Origin: Candidatus Yanofskybacteria bacterium RIFCSPHIGHO2_01_FULL_41_26
Lineage (GTDB): Bacteria > Patescibacteriota > Minisyncoccia > 2-02-FULL-40-12 > GWA2-44-9
Assembly: GCA_001794055.1 (NCBI GenBank)
Contig: MGJB01000001.1
Location: 7,457 to 71,456 of the forward strand
Length of the DNA stretch: 64,000 nt
Reading direction: 5' to 3'
The stretch's first letter is position 1; each line of letters starts with the position of its first letter. Below, in pieces: positions 60,048 to 64,000 of this stretch. Under the pieces are notes generated by a model. It saw nothing but the letters and a program-made list of their open reading frames with translations, searched no databases and had not been told where the DNA came from. Position numbers and translations under genes: made by a program.

Positions 60048-61700
60048 ATGGAAAGTATGCTTCAAGTCGAAAAACCAATAATCGCCGAAAAAAGCAGAGA
60101 CGAACTATATTTTGATACTCTCAAAGCCAAGAGGGATGTTTTGTCTTCTCATTATGCATTGGGCCAACTGCGAAAGGGCAGGAAAGTAGAGGAAATGTCG
60201 GATACCGAGGTTGAAGATTATAAATCAGTTAAAGAAGAATATGACAAGCGCAGAGAATTATTTCTCGTTTCATTTGGTAATTTAAACGAGAATGACAGTC
60301 AAAAAATTTCGGAGCTAACAAGCCTTACTAAAGTTGAGATTGCATTGTCTTCTTTGGATAAATCCACAGAAGCCAAAACTGAAGCAGCGGTTCCCGATGA
60401 AGTTTTAATAGGAGAAGGCCATGTTTTTAATAGTTTGATTGCTGTAGAGAGTCCTGATAGAGGCACAACAATGGCTGAAGTGAATAGGATGTTGAAATAT
60501 TCTCAAGATACTGCCCGTCCATTAGAAACCGCATACTGGGAATCTAAAAAAGCTGAACTTTTTGAAAGGCAGGAAGCCGAAACAAACCCAGACCGGCCGG
60601 CGCCAAAAGGATTTATGCAAAGAGCCAGAGATGCTTTTGAAAAGACAAAAGATGCTATTTTGGGGACCAATCGTATAAGCGGAGGTTCAGAAAGCGTTGA
60701 ATCAAGAATGTCTCCTCTTGGATTGAGATCTCAACCATTAACACAACCAGAAGCGGTGCCTCAACAATCCGAAAAAGAACCCAAGAAACCAAGCAAGTGG
60801 GGTTGGCTTAAAGAACGCGGAAAAGGTGTCTGGAATTTCGGCATTTGGGAATTTCATCAGGCGGAAAGATTAAGAATCAAAACAAAAGAAGTTGAAAATG
60901 ACGTTAGGGCTCTTGCAAGCAATATTCAACATGAGATAAATCTTGAACCGGAAGAAGCAGAAACAACCGCTTGGGAAATAGTTAACGAGCTTAAGGCAAA
61001 AAACTTGGACATTTCAGCTCCGGAATTTTTTGAAGCATCAAGGGATATTTTTGAGAAGAAAGCAAGGGAAAATGCCGAGCAGGAAAATTATATAATCCAA
61101 TCGGCATGGGAGGATCTTCAGGAAAAAGCAAAAAAATATCGGGGTGAGGCGGGCCAAGACGTGTTCACTGAAGAAGTCAGAGTTAAATTTGAATCAGACT
61201 TAAGAAAAGAATTACATAAAGTCCGCAACGGAGCCATAAAAGAAGACGTAGTTAAATTTGCGGGTGTTATGAGAAAAAATCTTGACGAGAACTGGCAATG
61301 GAGATATGTCTGGGGTGCGGCAGAGGCAGCGCTCGGTTTTATCGGAGTTAAATACCTGGTTATGAAAATAGAACAGGCGGCGCTGGCAAAATTAGCAGCT
61401 GCCGAGAAGGCCGCGGGTGCCGTAAAAGGCGGCGCTGGCGCTGTTGAACAGGCGCTTACTCAAAAGATGCACGAGAACGTTTGGACGACCTTAAAGGAAA
61501 TGGCCCAAAACGGTCCGCAGCATCTCAACTTGGATAATTCTACTTTGCAAGAGCTTAGTCAAAAGGTTTTGGATTTCAATAGTATGTATGAGCAGGAATG
61601 GGTCAATCAAGCCGTTGAGGGTCTTAGAAGCTCAAGAGTTTTACCTGAAGGATTACCGATCAACATACCCCCTGAAGTATTGAAAGTTCTTGGATATTAA
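60048..61700 (+). CDS. Large helical hypothetical protein with a late TM segment
   Basis: ~550-aa charged ORF with no recognisable motif. Confidence 0.75.
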   Translation: MESMLQVEKPIIAEKSRDELYFDTLKAKRDVLSSHYALGQLRKGRKVEEMSDTEVEDYKSVKEEYDKRRELFLVSFGNLNENDSQKISELTSLTKVEIALSSLDKSTEAKTEAAVPDEVLIGEGHVFNSLIAVESPDRGTTMAEVNRMLKYSQDTARPLETAYWESKKAELFERQEAETNPDRPAPKGFMQRARDAFEKTKDAILGTNRISGGSESVESRMSPLGLRSQPLTQPEAVPQQSEKEPKKPSKWGWLKERGKGVWNFGIWEFHQAERLRIKTKEVENDVRALASNIQHEINLEPEEAETTAWEIVNELKAKNLDISAPEFFEASRDIFEKKARENAEQENYIIQSAWEDLQEKAKKYRGEAGQDVFTEEVRVKFESDLRKELHKVRNGAIKEDVVKFAGVMRKNLDENWQWRYVWGAAEAALGFIGVKYLVMKIEQAALAKLAAAEKAAGAVKGGAGAVEQALTQKMHENVWTTLKEMAQNGPQHLNLDNSTLQELSQKVLDFNSMYEQEWVNQAVEGLRSSRVLPEGLPINIPPEVLKVLGY

Positions 61701-61730
61701 TTTATTAACTTTGTATTAATTTAGAACGTA

Positions 61731-61833
61731 GCTGGCTTGGCCAAATTCGAGGAAAAATCGAGTATTCGACTGAAACATAGTAAACTATGTTGAAGGAGAA
61801 GCGGAGATTTTAACGAAGAAGTTGGTCAAGAGC
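61731..61833 (+). repeat. Family E, copy 2
   Basis: Colinear with 20371-20472, with compensated stems. Confidence 0.85.
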
Positions 61834-61887
61834 ATACTGCCTTAATCTGCCGTAGACAGATGGCAGAGCGACCGGCAAGTTATAAAC

Positions 61888-62181
61888 ATGAATGAAGCAC
61901 AACAACAATTAGCGGACACAATAGGGGAATTGCTTGCCCAGTCGCCTCTGGATGACGAAATAAAAAATCGTCTTTTGGAAAAAATGGAAGAAATTCCCGA
62001 GAATTTGTTATTTCGACTGCAGGATGCTCTGGAAAGAGAGAAAGAAGAACTTGAAACGGTTGCTTTTGATATAGATATGTTTCTCAAAGATCAGGAGAAA
62101 AACTGGCAGGGAGTAGTTGAAGACCAGAAAAGGATTGCCGGAGAAGTGACCGATAAATGGGTTGAAAAACTCAAAACCTAA
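61888..62181 (+). CDS. Acidic hypothetical protein
   Basis: 97-aa helical ORF. Confidence 0.7.
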   Translation: MNEAQQQLADTIGELLAQSPLDDEIKNRLLEKMEEIPENLLFRLQDALEREKEELETVAFDIDMFLKDQEKNWQGVVEDQKRIAGEVTDKWVEKLKT

Positions 62182-62188
62182 CTCAATT

Positions 62189-62228
62189 GAGGTTAAACCT
62201 CAAGAACTCAAACCCGAGGTTTAACCTC
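62189..62228. repeat. Pair of 13-bp palindromes
   Basis: GAGGTTAAACCTC and GAGGTTTAACCTC, mutually inverted. Confidence 0.75.
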
Positions 62229-62280
62229 ATCAAATTAAATACCCTCAAAAAACAGCCAAAATGGCTGTTTTTTGAGGGTA

Positions 62281-62310
62281 TTGACAAAGTGGTGGCAAGT
62301 ATGCTATACT
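62281..62310 (+). promoter_or_regulatory. Sigma70 promoter TTGACA-18-TATACT
   Basis: Consensus boxes; -35 overlaps the long hairpin at 62238-62282. Confidence 0.8.
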
Positions 62311-62390
62311 TGACTTACACAACGGAATGAATGTGAGATAGACCCTTGTCAACCAAGCTCCTGAAAAGGGGCACAACGAAAGGTAGAAAA

Positions 62391-62846
62391 ATGAATCCAC
62401 GCATTGTCGGCGTCGGCGCTCTCATCGCGGTTCTGTGCCTAGCCATCCTGGCGATTCTCGTGGGCTTCGGCGGCGACCGCGCGTCGGCCCTCCCGCAGGG
62501 TCCGACCGACCTCGTTGTTTATCAGGCCTATCAGGTCGCCGACTTTCGGTCGTGCAAGCTGGCGGACGGTTCGCTGGCGACGGAGTGGCATTTCGGCGGA
62601 GCGGATCGCTCGCGCCGAAATCAGCTGACGCCGGCGCTGGACGGCCGCGGCCGTCCGATCTTCCGGGTCGTGACGAACAATAGGAATCTCCCGGCTGGCC
62701 ACATGCGTTTGCGCATGGTGGCCGAAGCCGACCCGACACTCGAGGGCTTCAAATACGGCGACTATTCCTGGAATGGGATTGTCGTCGAGTACAACGGCCG
62801 CGTCGAGGACCAGCGGATCGTCGGTCCCTGCGGACCGGACCGCTGA
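62391..62846 (+). CDS. GC-rich secreted/anchored hypothetical protein
   Basis: Signal-like N-terminus, two Cys, SD GAAAGGT. Confidence 0.72.
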   Translation: MNPRIVGVGALIAVLCLAILAILVGFGGDRASALPQGPTDLVVYQAYQVADFRSCKLADGSLATEWHFGGADRSRRNQLTPALDGRGRPIFRVVTNNRNLPAGHMRLRMVAEADPTLEGFKYGDYSWNGIVVEYNGRVEDQRIVGPCGPDR

Positions 62847-62962
62847 AGGCCGACATCGCGCTTGCCCTGAGCTCGTCGAAGGGTACAATCGCCCCGGAGG
62901 GCGGAACCAGAAATCTTGGTTCCGCTCCTCTGGAGGCGGTTTTTTAATATTTGTCCAGATTC

Positions 62963-63100
62963 GCCCCCAGCCACATACCCCCGACTCGACCGATAGTTGA
63001 TTTGTTCCAGCGACAAATCACTATCTACATGCTCGGCATTTCGAAGAACCAAGCCGAAATGCCTGCGCAAGTTCTCCCTGTGGGTATGTGGACTGGGGGC
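62963..63100. repeat. Family B, copy 4
   Basis: Full copy; terminal stem GCCCCCAG/CTGGGGGC. Confidence 0.9.
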
Positions 63101-63120
63101 TCTTAATTAATTAAGCCAAA

Positions 63121-63228
63121 GCGAAACCCTAATCCGTTAGAGGGACTTACGGAGTTCGGCGGAACGAGTACGAGGCAAAATTCCAGTCAGGAATTTATGC
63201 CGTGCCCGAGAATGGGTTAGGGTTGAGC
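63121..63228 (+). repeat. Family C, copy 2
   Basis: Reverse complement of 15114-15221. Confidence 0.9.
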
Positions 63229-63276
63229 GCAACTTGTGGAATATTAGTTTTTGTTTTTATGTTACAATAAATACAT

Positions 63277-63681
63277 ATGTCAGAAGCAGGAGTGACAATT
63301 GAACAGGAAATAGCCCAACTGGAAAAACAGCTTCAGGAAAAGAAGGCTAATTTGGAGCAACAGCCGGAACAAAAAGAATCTCCTCCCGATAAGGAAATAT
63401 TGAGAGAGGTTGTCGGCGAGAAGATTCAACAAAATGCTCCCGCATATATTCCCAAACCGGCACCGCAAACTCAGACCGACGATACAGGCTCTATTCCAGC
63501 AGAACTCAAAGACAAGATTCAAGAATTGGTTAATTTGGTTTTTCAGAATAGTTTGGATCAGGGCATTAAACAAGCTATAAAGTCAGACAACCCCGCTTTG
63601 ATCGACGCCTTTCACGATGTATTGGTAGATCAGTTATATGATGCGCTTTTAGAGAGGAAAAAACTTGAATCAGTAAAATAG
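63277..63681 (+). CDS. Hypothetical protein
   Basis: 134 aa ending NPALIDAFHD.L. Confidence 0.75.
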   Translation: MSEAGVTIEQEIAQLEKQLQEKKANLEQQPEQKESPPDKEILREVVGEKIQQNAPAYIPKPAPQTQTDDTGSIPAELKDKIQELVNLVFQNSLDQGIKQAIKSDNPALIDAFHDVLVDQLYDALLERKKLESVK

Positions 63682-63682
63682 A

Positions 63683-64000
63683 TTGTCAATTTTTATTCTC
63701 ACAATTTATCTTGGGGTTTTGGCGATAATATTTATTGCCGGGTTAGTTTTGCTGGGTTCGGCCAGAACTAAAGGTAGTCTTGCCAGGGCTTTGAACATGT
63801 CTTTATTTTTGATCTCAGTGCCTCGTGAAAGCCCTTCAGCGAGTTTCGGCCAAAATCCTCGATCCGAAAAAGAATTAATCTCGGTAATGGAACAGCTTTA
63901 TTCTTCTTTTATCAACATCCACGCTAAGGGTTGGAACAAATTTATATATGGCGAACCGTATATTTCTCTGGAAATGGGAGTGCATCACATCGGCGAGGAG
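63683..64000 (+). CDS. 5' part of a membrane-anchored protein, probably the N-terminus of a TraG/VirD4/HerA-like ATPase
   Basis: TTG start, TM segment, MEQLYSS...YISLE; open to the window end; ATPase domain not visible. Confidence 0.45.
   Translation, partial: MSIFILTIYLGVLAIIFIAGLVLLGSARTKGSLARALNMSLFLISVPRESPSASFGQNPRSEKELISVMEQLYSSFINIHAKGWNKFIYGEPYISLEMGVHHIGEE

Noticed and set aside
1-64000. Prophage, defence island, retron/DGR or alternative genetic code
   Set aside because: No phage structural, RT, cas or RM genes were recognised; core genes are full-length and several ORFs end in TGA under the standard code.

Overview
AT-rich bacterial chromosome segment whose gene set and protein style point to a Patescibacteria/CPR (Parcubacteria-like) genome (inference). 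Housekeeping genes include mraY, ftsW, rpsT, uvrB, ruvA, femAB-like, murE, lon, polX, murG, holB, frr, rseP, proS, mreBCD-mrdA, greA, lysS, serS, ftsQ-like and murB. These are interleaved with single accessory genes, often GC-rich, that carry their own promoter, SD and terminator, and with one degenerate cargo-carrying IS that splits a membrane-protein gene. The main unexplained signal is non-coding. At least seven families of dispersed 50-350 bp structured intergenic repeats (over 20 copies) show compensatory base changes, strand-biased G-U pairs, shared sub-modules and nesting inside one another, and often abut stop codons. Micro-palindromes and heptamer arrays also sit in frame inside core proteins. 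Other signals: a ~550-nt transcription unit after murB that looks like an unassigned structured RNA; a split between leaderless core genes and SD-led accessory genes; and two G9 tracts placed like phase-variation switches. No rRNA, tRNA or CRISPR array was recognised. All alignments and folds were done by eye.
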